Shown here: one piece after another, positions 9,019 to 26,984 of the stretch | Layout of the letters: each line of letters opens with the position of its first letter | Position numbering within the stretch: position 1 is the first letter of the stretch | Source of the DNA: Myxococcales bacterium | Lineage (GTDB): Bacteria; Myxococcota_A; Polyangia; Polyangiales; Polyangiaceae | Direction: 5' to 3' | Assembly (NCBI GenBank): GCA_043747615.1 | Contig: JAYTOU010000017.1 | Location: 32,001-96,000, forward strand | DNA: 64,000 nucleotides | Notes under the pieces: model-generated | What the model saw: only the letters and a program-made list of their open reading frames with translations | Database searches by the model: none | What the model was told of the DNA's origin: nothing | Program-made: the position numbers and the translations under genes

Positions 9019-11664
9019 ATGCGCACGGCGCCCCTCCTTCTCATCGCGTCGCTCATTTCGCTTTGGGGCTTCGCGGCGCTCGGCCAGACGCGGAGCGGCG
9101 ATGGCGCGGGCGCACAGGCTCCGCGGAGGATCACCAAGTATCCGACGTTGAAGTCCTTCGTCGAGGCGACGTATCCAGCCGACAAAAAAGCTGCGGGCGT
9201 TGAGGCGGCGGTCGTCCTGACGATCGAGATCAGCGCCGTAGGACTGGTAAACGCGGTGAACGTGGCGCGCTCCGCGGGTGAAGATTTCGATGCTGCGGCG
9301 ATCGACGCGGCCAAGCGCTTCGAGTTCGAGCCCGCCGAGGTCGACGGAAAACCTGCGCCCGCGAAGCTCACCTACCGCTACGAGTTCAAGATCACCAAGG
9401 AGCCGGAGCCTCCGCCTTCGGTAAATTTTGAAGGGCGGGTCTTGGAGCGACAGACGGCAACGCCGGTGGCCGGTGCTTCTGTGGCCCTCGAAGATCTTGG
9501 CGTCTTCGCGACCACGGACGCCGATGGGCGCTTTGCAATTGTGGGCGTACCGAACGGTTTGCACCGCGTGACGGTGACCGCGGCGCGTATTCAGGTTTCT
9601 TTTTTTGAGGAGGAGATCGCTTCGGGAAAAAAGTCAGTGCTCACGTACCGCGTCGCGGGGGCGAAGTCTCCGTCACCCGAAGAGACGCTGGAGATCCTGG
9701 TGCGGGCTGCGCGTCCGCGGCGAGAAGCGGCGGCCGTCATCATTTCCGCCGCAGAGGCAAGGCACGTCGCAGGGACCCAGGGCGACGTCTTGAAGGTGGT
9801 GCAAAATCTTCCCGGAGTGTCGAGGCCGCCGCTGTCGTCAGGACAGATCGTGGTGTGGGGCTCGGCTCCGAAGGACACGCGGGTGTACGTCGACGGTGTG
9901 GAGATCCCCGCGCTCTATCACGGCGCCGGATTACGCTCGACTATCAACTCGGATCTAGTGACGAGCGTCGAGCTCGTGCCCGGAGCGTATGGCGCGGACT
10001 ATGGTCGCGGGCTCGGCGGGCTCGTTCGAGTGGAGACGCGCCCGCTCCCCAAGGAGGGAGTGCATGGCTACGTAGGAGCGGACACACTCGACGCATCGGG
10101 GATGGTCGCGGCCAAGCTCACCGATCGTCTGCGCGTCGGCGCGGCTGCGAGATACAGCTACCTCGACAGCGTGATGTCCGCCGTCTCCGCACCCGCCGTC
10201 GAAGATTTTTTTCCGATCCCGCGCTACCGCGACTACCAGGCGAAAGCGACGCTCGATCTCGGTCGCAATGAAGCGATCGACGCTGTTTTTCTCGGCTCCA
10301 ACGACGATCTGCGCCGGGCCATTCCTTCTCCCGACCCAGCCCGGGTACGCGCGGAGACGACTGAGAGCTCTTTTCAACGCGCCTACCTTCGCTACGTCCG
10401 CGTCGGCTCCAACGGAGACACCGTTAGCGTGACGCCGTTCGCCGGCTACGATCACGCGAACGTCACCACGAGCTTCGGAGACGTGCCCACCCAGCTCGAC
10501 GTGGGCTCCTGGAAGTACGGCCTCCGCGCTTCGCACCGCAGCAAGATCACTCGCAGCATGGATCTCTCGCTCGGCGTCGATGCGCTGGGCGCGAGCTCGT
10601 CCATCCGGCGCGCTGGCACTCTGACCCTCCCGCCGCGCGAAGGGGACGTCACCGTCTTCGGGCAGCCACCCGGAAGCGACTACAACGTCGACGAGTGGAG
10701 CACGAACATCGTCGACCTCGGGCCGTACGTGATCTCCGACATCCGGTTGGGTAAATTCACTTTCACGCCGGGGCTGCGCTTCGATGCCTTTCTCATCGAG
10801 GGAAGCCGCATGACACCGCGCGTAGGGCTCACTCCCGCGATCGGTTTTTCTCGTATGGAGGGCGCCGTCGATCCGCGCCTGACCGTGCGGTATCAGGCCA
10901 CACCGCGGCTCTTGGTCACGGCAAGCGCAGGCACGTACCACCAGCCCCCGGAGCCCGAGGATCTCAGCGCCGTCTTCGGCACGCCGGAGCTTGCATTGTC
11001 GCACGCCACGCACGTCAGCCTGGGAGAGGCCTTCAAGCTTACGCCGACGCTCACGGCAGAGATGATTGGATTCTACAAGTATCTCGGAAACCTCCCCGTG
11101 CGCACGCGGCTCGCCGAACCCAAGCTCGCGCGCGCTCTCACCCAGGACGGCGAAGGGCGCAGCTACGGCGTGCAACTTCTCTTGCGACAGGAGATGACGC
11201 GCGGGCTTTTTGGCTGGATCTCGTACTCCATCAGCCGAAGCGAGCGGCGTTACTTGCTGGAGGAGCGGTACCGCCTCTTCGACTACGATCAGCCGCACGT
11301 GCTCGCTGCGGTCCTCAGTCAGGAGATCGGGCGCTGGGTTTTCGGAGCGCGCTTTCGCTACACCTCGGGCGCGCCGCGAACGCCGGTGGTTGGGAGCTTT
11401 TACGATGCGCGAGGGGATCAGGCGCAGCCCGTCTTCGGCGAACAGAACACCGTTCGCATTTCGGACTTCTACCAACTCGACGTGCGTGCGGAGCGCACCT
11501 TCGCCCTTGGCAAGCGGGTCACCCTCGCCGTCTTCCTCGACGTGCTCAACGTGACGTTTCACCAGAACCGCGAAGAGATCGTCTACAGCTCGGACTTCAA
11601 GCGCAAGGGCTACATCACGGGGCTGCCGACGCTCGCGATCCTCGGTGCGCGGGTGGAGTTCTGA
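9019..11664 (+). CDS. TonB-dependent receptor with N-terminal TonB_C and carboxypeptidase-regulatory-like domains
   Basis: Signal peptide; TonB_C (YPADKK...FDAAAIDAAKRFEFEPA); Ig-like domain; plug (GDVLKVVQNLPGV, VYVDGVEIP); barrel ending in VEF. Confidence 0.9.
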   Translation: MRTAPLLLIASLISLWGFAALGQTRSGDGAGAQAPRRITKYPTLKSFVEATYPADKKAAGVEAAVVLTIEISAVGLVNAVNVARSAGEDFDAAAIDAAKRFEFEPAEVDGKPAPAKLTYRYEFKITKEPEPPPSVNFEGRVLERQTATPVAGASVALEDLGVFATTDADGRFAIVGVPNGLHRVTVTAARIQVSFFEEEIASGKKSVLTYRVAGAKSPSPEETLEILVRAARPRREAAAVIISAAEARHVAGTQGDVLKVVQNLPGVSRPPLSSGQIVVWGSAPKDTRVYVDGVEIPALYHGAGLRSTINSDLVTSVELVPGAYGADYGRGLGGLVRVETRPLPKEGVHGYVGADTLDASGMVAAKLTDRLRVGAAARYSYLDSVMSAVSAPAVEDFFPIPRYRDYQAKATLDLGRNEAIDAVFLGSNDDLRRAIPSPDPARVRAETTESSFQRAYLRYVRVGSNGDTVSVTPFAGYDHANVTTSFGDVPTQLDVGSWKYGLRASHRSKITRSMDLSLGVDALGASSSIRRAGTLTLPPREGDVTVFGQPPGSDYNVDEWSTNIVDLGPYVISDIRLGKFTFTPGLRFDAFLIEGSRMTPRVGLTPAIGFSRMEGAVDPRLTVRYQATPRLLVTASAGTYHQPPEPEDLSAVFGTPELALSHATHVSLGEAFKLTPTLTAEMIGFYKYLGNLPVRTRLAEPKLARALTQDGEGRSYGVQLLLRQEMTRGLFGWISYSISRSERRYLLEERYRLFDYDQPHVLAAVLSQEIGRWVFGARFRYTSGAPRTPVVGSFYDARGDQAQPVFGEQNTVRISDFYQLDVRAERTFALGKRVTLAVFLDVLNVTFHQNREEIVYSSDFKRKGYITGLPTLAILGARVEF

Positions 11665-12563
11665 TGCGGGCCCGAGCCTTACTCGTCTTGTCGATCGTCG
11701 CCGTGAGCTGTCGTCCCGATCTCGGAGATCGTGATTCACTCGTCACCTCCGCGCGAATCATCGCCGTGCGCGGAGAGCCGCCGGAAGCGAAGCCAGGCGC
11801 AAAGGTGAGCTACACGCTTCTCGTGGCGAGCGCGGTGGAGAGGACCGCCGATCCTGCGGCAAATTGGGCGTTTTGCGCTGCGCCGAAGAAGCTGAGCGAG
11901 AACAACGTGGTGAGCACGGACTGCGTGGGCGAGGGTAATGTGCGCCCATTCGCAAGCGGAGTATCCATCGTGAGCGCGGCGATCCCGGACGATGCGTGCT
12001 CGCTTTTCGGGCCCGAAGCGCCGCCCGGTGGGCTCCGTCCGCATGATCCGGACGTGACCGGCGGGTTCTACCAACCAGTGCGCGCGGAGGTGGACGCAAT
12101 CACGGCGTTTGGCCTCGAGCGTCTGGTGTGTCATCTCGCTAGTGCTTCGGCGGACGTTGCCCAAGAGTTTGCGGTGCGCTACACGCCGAACAAAAATCCG
12201 TCGCTCGGTGCGCTGACTGCCACGGTGGACGGCGCACCGCGCACGCTCGATCAGCTGCCTGCAGGAAAGACGGCGAGGTTCGAGATCTCCTGGCCACCCG
12301 GCGACGCGGAGAGTTACGTGACCTTCGACATCGCCACCCAAACGCTCATCGGTCATCGCGAGGCGATGCGTGTCTCGTGGTTCGCGAACGGCGGAGAGTT
12401 CGATGCAGATCGCACCGGCCGCACGGACGCGGAGACCGTGGCAAGCGCCGGCAACGGGTGGAAGATCCCCTCCGATCCCGGTGCAATTCGGCTGTGGATC
12501 GTGCTCAGGGACAGCCGCGGAGGAACCGCGTTCTCGACGTACGCGTTGACGGTCGTGCGCTGA
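11664..12563 (+). CDS. Lipoprotein accompanying the TonB receptor
   Basis: Lipobox AVSC; RIIAVRGEPPEA and LWIVLRDSRGG motifs; TGATG overlap. Confidence 0.8.
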   Translation: MRARALLVLSIVAVSCRPDLGDRDSLVTSARIIAVRGEPPEAKPGAKVSYTLLVASAVERTADPAANWAFCAAPKKLSENNVVSTDCVGEGNVRPFASGVSIVSAAIPDDACSLFGPEAPPGGLRPHDPDVTGGFYQPVRAEVDAITAFGLERLVCHLASASADVAQEFAVRYTPNKNPSLGALTATVDGAPRTLDQLPAGKTARFEISWPPGDAESYVTFDIATQTLIGHREAMRVSWFANGGEFDADRTGRTDAETVASAGNGWKIPSDPGAIRLWIVLRDSRGGTAFSTYALTVVR

Positions 12564-12576
12564 CGTCGACTGGGAG

Positions 12577-13677
<1,101 letters not shown>

Positions 13678-13814
13678 GCGCCCTCACTAACACTTCGCCT
13701 TCATCAGGCAAAGGCCCGGCGCGGTGAGAGGCGTTTCGGAGGCTGTGAGGCAAAATGCGGCATAAAAAAGGCCCGCAAAAGCGCATAAGCGCTGCATTTC
13801 GTGCGGTCGCGCCG

Positions 13815-13830
13815 CGGCATGTCAACTGCA
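13815..13830 (+). promoter_or_regulatory. Putative sigma54 promoter
   Basis: CGGCATGTCAACTGCA (GG-N10-GC) upstream of the DUF2383 gene. Confidence 0.55.
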
Positions 13831-13871
13831 ATGATGTGCATGCATTCCCAAATGTGCGGATGGAGAGAGAC

Positions 13872-14342
13872 ATGGAAATGGCGCCAGACAGGATCACCCT
13901 CGACGTACGAGACATCGTCCTCGTGCTGAACGAGCTCATTCAAACCAATAAAGACAGTGAGAAGCTCTTCGCCTACGCGACGGGCGATGTTCTCAACATC
14001 GGCCACAAGGCGACCTTTGCGCGGTACTCGCGGCAGCGCGCAGGGTTTGCACGCGCTCTCCAGTCTGCCGTTCTTCGCCTCGGTGGGGATCCGGTCGGCA
14101 ACGGCAGTGTGAGCGGCGCGGTCCTGCAAGGCTGGATGGACATCAAGTCGGCGGTCTCGGTCCGCGAAGACCTCGCCATCCTCCAAGAAGTCGAGCGCGG
14201 CGAAGACGTAGCCAAGAAGCACTACGAGGCTGCCCTCCAGAGATCACTGAGCGACGACCTCCGCGCCCTCCTCGAGCGCCAGCTCGCGAGCGTCCGGGAG
14301 TGTCACGATCGTATTCGGCTCCTCAGCGGATCGACGAACTGA
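13872..14342 (+). CDS. PA2169/DUF2383-family ferritin-like four-helix protein
   Basis: LNELIQTNKD, LGGDP..GS..G...GWMDIK and ERGED...YEAAL motifs; GGAGAGA SD. Confidence 0.85.
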   Translation: MEMAPDRITLDVRDIVLVLNELIQTNKDSEKLFAYATGDVLNIGHKATFARYSRQRAGFARALQSAVLRLGGDPVGNGSVSGAVLQGWMDIKSAVSVREDLAILQEVERGEDVAKKHYEAALQRSLSDDLRALLERQLASVRECHDRIRLLSGSTN

Positions 14343-14400
14343 GCTAATTTCCATGCAGTGACAACGCCTCGGCTACGGCGAGCATCGCACTAGTGCCGCC

Positions 14401-14859
14401 ATGCTCATTCTGAAGAAGCTTCTCGTCCCCGTCGATTTCACCGAGACTTCGGAGCGGGCGCTCGACCACGCCGTGGCGCTCGCTGAAAAGTTCGATGCCG
14501 CCGTCGTTGTACTGCATTGCTATGAGCTGCCCATCTACGGTTTTCCGGATGGCGCGTTCATCGCGACCAGCGACGTAGCGTCGCGGATTTCCGTGGCCGC
14601 GCAAACAGCGCTCGACTCGCTCGTTGCCGCCCGGGTGGCGAAAGGTCAGCGCGTCACGGGGGCACTGCGCATCGGCGTAGCCTGGGAAGAGACCAACTCG
14701 TACGCGGCGACGATTGAAGCCGACATGATTGTCATCGGCACCCATGGCCGCAAAGGCATCACCCGCGCACTCCTGGGAAGCGTCGCGGAAAACGTGATTC
14801 GGACAGCCACGCGGCCAGTTCTCGTCATTCATGGGCCGCGGGAGCAGACGCCATCATGA
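14401..14859 (+). CDS. Universal stress protein
   Basis: LLVPVDFT; DMIVIGTHGRKG...LLGSVAENVIR. Confidence 0.95.
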   Translation: MLILKKLLVPVDFTETSERALDHAVALAEKFDAAVVVLHCYELPIYGFPDGAFIATSDVASRISVAAQTALDSLVAARVAKGQRVTGALRIGVAWEETNSYAATIEADMIVIGTHGRKGITRALLGSVAENVIRTATRPVLVIHGPREQTPS

Positions 14860-15479
14860 GCCAGCCTCTCGTCATCTTGGTGGGCACCGATTTCTCCAAC
14901 CAAGCCGAAAGCGCCTTGGAAATGGCGCGTGATCTCGTGTCGCATGCTCCGGCCGCCGAGCTCCATATCCTGCACGTCGTCGCGCCCAAGATCAGCTCGG
15001 TGGGCATCAGCGGGGTCGGGCCGAACCTGGCGACGGAGCTCACCGAGTCACTCGATCGAGCGCGCGCGCAGCTTCAAAGCGTGTGTCGCGCCGGAGAGGC
15101 GTCCCTTACGGCTCGCACCACCGGTCACATTCGCACGGGGGACGCTACGACGGAGATCACCGAGCTAGCGAAGTCGTTGAACGCGGATCTGATCGTGGTC
15201 GGAACCCACGGGCTCACCGGTCTCGAGCGGCTCTTGCTCGGCTCGGTGGCAGAGACCGTGACTCGTCACGCACCCTGCTCGGTTCTCACGACGCGGGCCA
15301 AGAAGGTCTCGGCGGAGGAGCTGATCGAGCCTGCCTGCCCTGACTGCACTCTCGCCAAAGCATCGGCGGCGAACCCGAATGCGCGCTGCCCGCATCATCC
15401 ACGAAAAAGCGCTCGCCCGCACACTTACAGCGAGGGACGGAGCCCCGAGGGGCACGAGACCTTCCGCTTCGACAGCTGA
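14856..15479 (+). CDS. Universal stress protein with C-terminal CxxC/His module
   Basis: ILVGTDFS; DLIVVGTHG...LLGSVAE; tail IEPACPDC...RCPHH. Confidence 0.9.
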   Translation: MSQPLVILVGTDFSNQAESALEMARDLVSHAPAAELHILHVVAPKISSVGISGVGPNLATELTESLDRARAQLQSVCRAGEASLTARTTGHIRTGDATTEITELAKSLNADLIVVGTHGLTGLERLLLGSVAETVTRHAPCSVLTTRAKKVSAEELIEPACPDCTLAKASAANPNARCPHHPRKSARPHTYSEGRSPEGHETFRFDS

Positions 15480-15586
15480 GAAGCGTTGGGTGCACGAGCT
15501 TTCTCCTCGCCTTGCGCACCGAACGTTTAAACTACGGAGCGCGCCCACGTTTGGTGGACACGCTCCTTACTAGGTTGAACCGCGAC

Positions 15587-16075
15587 TCAGCTCGCCTTGT
15601 CTGCCATGGCTTTCAGGTCGGTCCATTCTTTGTCGAGCTTGGCCTTGGTCGCGTCCCACGCCGTCGCAGTGGTGGTCTCGAGTGATTTGCGATCGGCGAC
15701 GAACGCGTCGCGCTTGATGCGGAGCTCGCCGACCGAGGCCTGAAGGTCCGTCTTCGGCTTCCCCTTCAAGGTCTGGACTTTCGCGTCGAGGGTGTCGATC
15801 TTCTTGTTGAGATCATCGAGGTTCGTTTGCGTGGAATGCCTGTAATCCTCGATGGTTTTTGCGAAGTCGGCCTGCGCGGCGGCTACCTTCTTGTCCGCTT
15901 CGGCCTGGGCGTTGTTGATCTTTTTGTCAGCCTCGGTCTTCGCGGCGGCGATCTTTTCGTTGGCCTCGCCCTGGGCCACGTTCGCCTTGTCCTGCTCGCC
16001 TGCTCCCGACTTGTCGCAACCGACGGCGAAAGAGACGAGAAGTACTGCGCTGAAAATAGTCGTTGATCGAATCAT
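15587..16075 (-). CDS. Coiled-coil lipoprotein
   Basis: AAGGGAG SD; lipobox AVGC; Ala/Lys/Glu-rich helical repeats. Confidence 0.8.
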   Translation of the reverse strand: MIRSTTIFSAVLLVSFAVGCDKSGAGEQDKANVAQGEANEKIAAAKTEADKKINNAQAEADKKVAAAQADFAKTIEDYRHSTQTNLDDLNKKIDTLDAKVQTLKGKPKTDLQASVGELRIKRDAFVADRKSLETTTATAWDATKAKLDKEWTDLKAMADKAS

Positions 16076-16137
16076 GAATGACTCCCTTGTTTGGTTTGCT
16101 GCAATGACGCCTCGTATGCGGAAGCGCGTCTTCATCG

Positions 16138-16719
16138 TCATCGAGTTGCTTGGGGCGCGGCCGCGGTGTGCGCGGGGAACGGCGCGAGGACTTCCCTCAC
16201 CGCTCGTTGGAGAAGTTGATCGTCGATCTTGTCCGGGTTGACCTCGGCGCGGGCGGTGCCGTGCCAGACGGCGCCGTCGCTGGCGCCATCGAACATGTCG
16301 ATCACGATGGCTCCTTCGACGAAGTCCGCTTCCTCGTCGCTCCCCAAACCGTCGGCCGCACCGCGCGTACCCTGCGCAGGACGCTTGATCCCTTTGCGCG
16401 ATCCGGAAGCGCAGGCAACGACTACGTCGCCCTTCTTTCCGGCTTCCGCGGCCGCATAGCCTTTCTCTTCAAGGACCGTCGTTATCAGCGGATGCATTCG
16501 CTTCTCGATTTCCGCCGTGCGCGGCGAGCGCTTGAATCCCTTGGGCGAAGCTTCGGGTCCGCCGAACGAGAACGTTTGGTACTGAGGAAAGGGAGCTGAC
16601 GCGAGGCTCGCGCTATGCGCCTGCACGGGCGAGCAACCCGTCATCAGCACAGGCATTGCGGCGGCGGCCGTGGTGATCACGGTACCGAGCAGCATCAGCT
16701 TCATCATCGCTTTTCTCAT
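16138..16719 (-). CDS. DUF4136-family lipoprotein
   Basis: Lipobox MTGC; YQTFSF and EGAIVIDMFD...VWHGTA...VREVLAPFP motifs. Confidence 0.85.
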   Translation of the reverse strand: MRKAMMKLMLLGTVITTAAAAMPVLMTGCSPVQAHSASLASAPFPQYQTFSFGGPEASPKGFKRSPRTAEIEKRMHPLITTVLEEKGYAAAEAGKKGDVVVACASGSRKGIKRPAQGTRGAADGLGSDEEADFVEGAIVIDMFDGASDGAVWHGTARAEVNPDKIDDQLLQRAVREVLAPFPAHTAAAPQATR

Positions 16720-16861
16720 GTTTTTTCCTGGATCAGTGGAACGCGGGGAGAAGATGCAGCCTCTGCCTCCGCCGTTGCGGTGTGCGCGTAGAGATATGCC
16801 CCGCGTGGCATGTGCGCACGTCCCCAGAGCGGTAGTCAGGCCTAAAAGAAGCACTGGGCGG

Positions 16862-16877
16862 TGGCACACCCAGTGCA
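16862..16877 (+). promoter_or_regulatory. Putative sigma54 promoter
   Basis: TGGCACACCCAGTGCA, near-consensus -24/-12. Confidence 0.65.
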
Positions 16878-16929
16878 CAGGGCAGGTTGTAACCAACGTT
16901 CGAAAGAACCTCGAAAAAGGAGCTCGCAC

Positions 16930-17355
16930 ATGACGACGCAGTGGCATCCGACTTGGTGGAAAAACGAAGTTCACGGCAATGCGTTTGGCCGGGTGAAAGA
17001 GGCCCTCCGTCGGGACTGGGAGCAGACGAAAAAGGACCTCCACGTTAAAGGCGGTCACGAGCTCAATCAGGGCGTGGAGGACACCGTCCAGCAAGCAGTC
17101 GGAAACGAGGGCATTCCCAGGGAGGACCGCCCCAATCCCCCGCGCGTCATCGGCAGCTGGGACGACGCCGAGTTTCCGGTCGGCTACGGACACGCCGCGC
17201 GAAAACAGTACGGCGCCGAGCACCCGAAGTGGAGCGAGCATCTCGACAGCAAGCTCCAGGCGGAGTGGGAGTCGGGGACGGCAGTACCCCGCCGCGAGTG
17301 GGGCGAGATCCGGCCCTGGGTGCGTCACGGCTACGAGTACGAAGGTCGCAACTAA
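16930..17355 (+). CDS. Trp-rich hypothetical protein
   Basis: AAGGAG SD; RVKEALRRDWEQTK and W.E..P.VRHGYE segments; coherent ORF downstream of a sigma54 motif. Confidence 0.75.
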   Translation: MTTQWHPTWWKNEVHGNAFGRVKEALRRDWEQTKKDLHVKGGHELNQGVEDTVQQAVGNEGIPREDRPNPPRVIGSWDDAEFPVGYGHAARKQYGAEHPKWSEHLDSKLQAEWESGTAVPRREWGEIRPWVRHGYEYEGRN

Positions 17356-17399
17356 ATTTCTACGTCGCTCGCGTCGACAATCAACGAAAAGAGGAACTC

Positions 17400-17870
17400 A
17401 TGAACTCAGTGCTCAATAACGCTCAACACGCTGCGTCCCAAGCCGTCGACCAAGCGAAAAACACCGCGAGCGATACGCGCGCGTCGCTGATTGATTTGGG
17501 TGTGCAGGCTCTGAAGCTCTTCAACCACGCACGCGCCCAGGAATCACGGGTAGTGGACTCGGCTCTCGACCACATCGGTTTGCAGCGTCGCCAGAGCGCG
17601 CTTCGCCCGGCACTCTGGTTCGCGGCCGGTGCGGTAGTTGCTGGCGGCGCGGCTCTCGTCTTTGCGCCCAGCTCCGGTGAGAAGCTGCGGACGCGTCTGA
17701 TCGAGCTCCTCAGCAACGCGGGTGACACCGTTAAGCGGAGCGCGATCGCAAAAGGGGCGGCGAGCGAGGTCAATCACATGAAGGACCATGTGCAAGACGT
17801 GAAAGACCATATGAAAGAAGACCACATGAAGCTGGAGCATATGAAAGGGAAGCCGTTCCCTTCGTCATGA
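17400..17870 (+). CDS. YtxH-domain protein
   Basis: GAGGA SD; FAAGAVVAGGAALVFAPSSGEKLR motif. Confidence 0.8.
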   Translation: MNSVLNNAQHAASQAVDQAKNTASDTRASLIDLGVQALKLFNHARAQESRVVDSALDHIGLQRRQSALRPALWFAAGAVVAGGAALVFAPSSGEKLRTRLIELLSNAGDTVKRSAIAKGAASEVNHMKDHVQDVKDHMKEDHMKLEHMKGKPFPSS

Positions 17871-19024
17871 GTCGCTCGGCTCGGGGGGGCCTTCGATCGC
17901 TCGCGTTCGCGTCTGCGCTCTCGTTTGCCGCGTGTGCGCCAATCGCGCGGCCAACGGTGCTTCAGCCTCAGTTGAAGAGTCCGTTCGTGGGGTACCAAAG
18001 TCGCCGTTACATCGACCCTTCGATGTGGCTTTGCTTGCCCGGACGAACCGACGACACGTGCAATCGTGATCTGTCGGCGACGGAAATTCGCTCCGACGGA
18101 TCACGCTTCGTAGTGCCGCAAGAGGCCACGAAGGACGCGGGGGTCGATTGCTTCTACGTGTACCCCACCGTGGATCTGGGAGTCCTTCCAGGCAATCACG
18201 AGGATTTCTCGGATCTGAGAGCCATCGCTTTCACGACCAACGCGCAGGTCGCGCTTTTTGGCCAGGTCTGCTCGCTCTACGTGCCGCTCTACCGACAGGT
18301 GACGCTCGGAACGTATCTGCGAGGCGGGGAGCCGCTTGGCAAACGATTGGACGTCGCCTTCTCGGATATCGCCGACGCCTTTCTTCATTACATGGGCACG
18401 TACAATCACGGTCGCAAGATCGTCCTGATTGGCCACTCCCAGGGAGCGGAGATGGTGAAGCGCTTGATCGAGCGTTTCTTCGACGACGACCCGAAGATGC
18501 GCGAGCGACTGCTCGTTGCCATGCCGATCGGTGGAAATATCGACGTGCCGAGCGGGCAGGCAATGGGCGGAAGCTTCCACAACATTCCCATCTGCACGAA
18601 AGACGACGAGCTCGCGTGCGTCGTGGCCTATCGTTCGTACTGGGGCAATTCAGAGGGGCGCACCGAGTATCCGTTGCCGCCCGGGGAACAGCCGGTCTGC
18701 GTGAACCCGGGGAGGGTGAGCAACCCGACGGAGCGCGCGCCGCTCAAGGCCTACTTTCCGAAGAGCGTCCGGCTCAAGGGGGTCGAGGGCGTGACCACAC
18801 CGTTCATCTACTATCCCGATCTGTACAGCGGCCGCTGCGTCGACGGCTTGAACAAGTATCGCTATCTCGAAATTACGGAGCTTCCGAGTCCCGGAGGGGC
18901 GCGCAAGAGTCCGCTCGATCTATCGAGCTTCAACGGTCGCTTCGGTACGCACGTCATAGATCTTCAGTTTCCGCAGGGCGATCTGATGGACATGGTGAGA
19001 AACCGAACCAAGCACCGGAAGTGA
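17867..19024 (+). CDS. DUF3089-family alpha/beta-hydrolase lipoprotein
   Basis: Lipobox FAAC; DCFYVYPT, PLYRQ, GHSQG nucleophile elbow, CVNP, THVID. Confidence 0.9.
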   Translation: MSRSARGGLRSLAFASALSFAACAPIARPTVLQPQLKSPFVGYQSRRYIDPSMWLCLPGRTDDTCNRDLSATEIRSDGSRFVVPQEATKDAGVDCFYVYPTVDLGVLPGNHEDFSDLRAIAFTTNAQVALFGQVCSLYVPLYRQVTLGTYLRGGEPLGKRLDVAFSDIADAFLHYMGTYNHGRKIVLIGHSQGAEMVKRLIERFFDDDPKMRERLLVAMPIGGNIDVPSGQAMGGSFHNIPICTKDDELACVVAYRSYWGNSEGRTEYPLPPGEQPVCVNPGRVSNPTERAPLKAYFPKSVRLKGVEGVTTPFIYYPDLYSGRCVDGLNKYRYLEITELPSPGGARKSPLDLSSFNGRFGTHVIDLQFPQGDLMDMVRNRTKHRK

Positions 19025-19079
19025 ACGCACGCGGTAAGCCTATGTCACTGAGAGTACGTCCGTCGGGCGGCGGCAGCGG

Positions 19080-26324
<7,245 letters not shown>

Positions 26325-26383
26325 CGGAAGCTCCTTCGCGGGCGGATCGTCGCGAACGATCAGATGGCCAAACGGAAAGCCGG

Positions 26384-26400
26384 AGCAACGGATGTGCCGG
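26384..26400 (-). promoter_or_regulatory. Putative sigma54 promoter of the poly-HAMP kinase
   Basis: Minus strand CCGGCACATCCGTTGCT. Confidence 0.6.
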
Positions 26401-26471
26401 CAGAGCGCCCGGTTTCCGTTTGGAAAAAGAGCCTATTTTCGGCGACTCGACGGAGCGACGGTATCAGCGCG

Positions 26472-26511
26472 CCACGTAGCTTTTTGCTACGCGTAGCAAA
26501 ACGCTACGCGG
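26472..26511. promoter_or_regulatory. 40-bp palindrome made of tandem CGTAGC-N5-GCTACG sites (candidate enhancer)
   Basis: Two abutting 17-bp palindromes (26475-26491, 26492-26508), about 70-110 bp upstream of the sigma54 motif. Confidence 0.6.
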
Positions 26512-26561
26512 TTAGTTTTGGTCGCGAGGTCACCCCCCGACGAGTGGTCAGATTCAGGTGC

Positions 26562-26864
26562 TCAGGGCTTGACGCATGTTCCGGCGAGTGAGCCCGATTC
26601 CTTTTTACAAACCTGGCCCACGCCGCATTCGGCGTCTCCGACGCACGTGGATTTTTGGGCGTTGGATCCCGCAGCTGCGCCCACGCAGGTCCCGGTGGCC
26701 TTGCCTCCTTCTTTTTGACAGGTTTGGCTGGCGCCGCACTCGGCGTCACCCATGCAGGTCGACGTCTGCGTCGCGTTGGGGGCGCGTGCGTTGTTGGATT
26801 CCGCACCGCAGGCCATGACGAGCGTGAACGAGAGGGCGATGAGACCGCGCAATTGATTTTTCAT
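26562..26864 (-). CDS. Small lipoprotein with two tandem Cys-rich repeats
   Basis: Lipobox VMAC; STC(M/V)GDAECG..Q.C.KE.G...GTCV occurs twice. Confidence 0.8.
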   Translation of the reverse strand: MKNQLRGLIALSFTLVMACGAESNNARAPNATQTSTCMGDAECGASQTCQKEGGKATGTCVGAAAGSNAQKSTCVGDAECGVGQVCKKESGSLAGTCVKP

Positions 26865-26876
26865 GGGCGACCCACG

Positions 26877-26893
26877 AGCAATGCCCGGGCCAA
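26877..26893 (-). promoter_or_regulatory. Putative sigma54 promoter
   Basis: TTGGCCCGGGCATTGCT ending 12 nt before ATG 26864. Confidence 0.65.
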
Positions 26894-26984
26894 GCGCGAA
26901 AGGCTTGATTTAAGCGGGATGCGCGGAGGCGGGGCGCGTGGCGATTCTGCGCGTCGTGGCGCTCTGTCTCGCTGGCGGGCGCGT

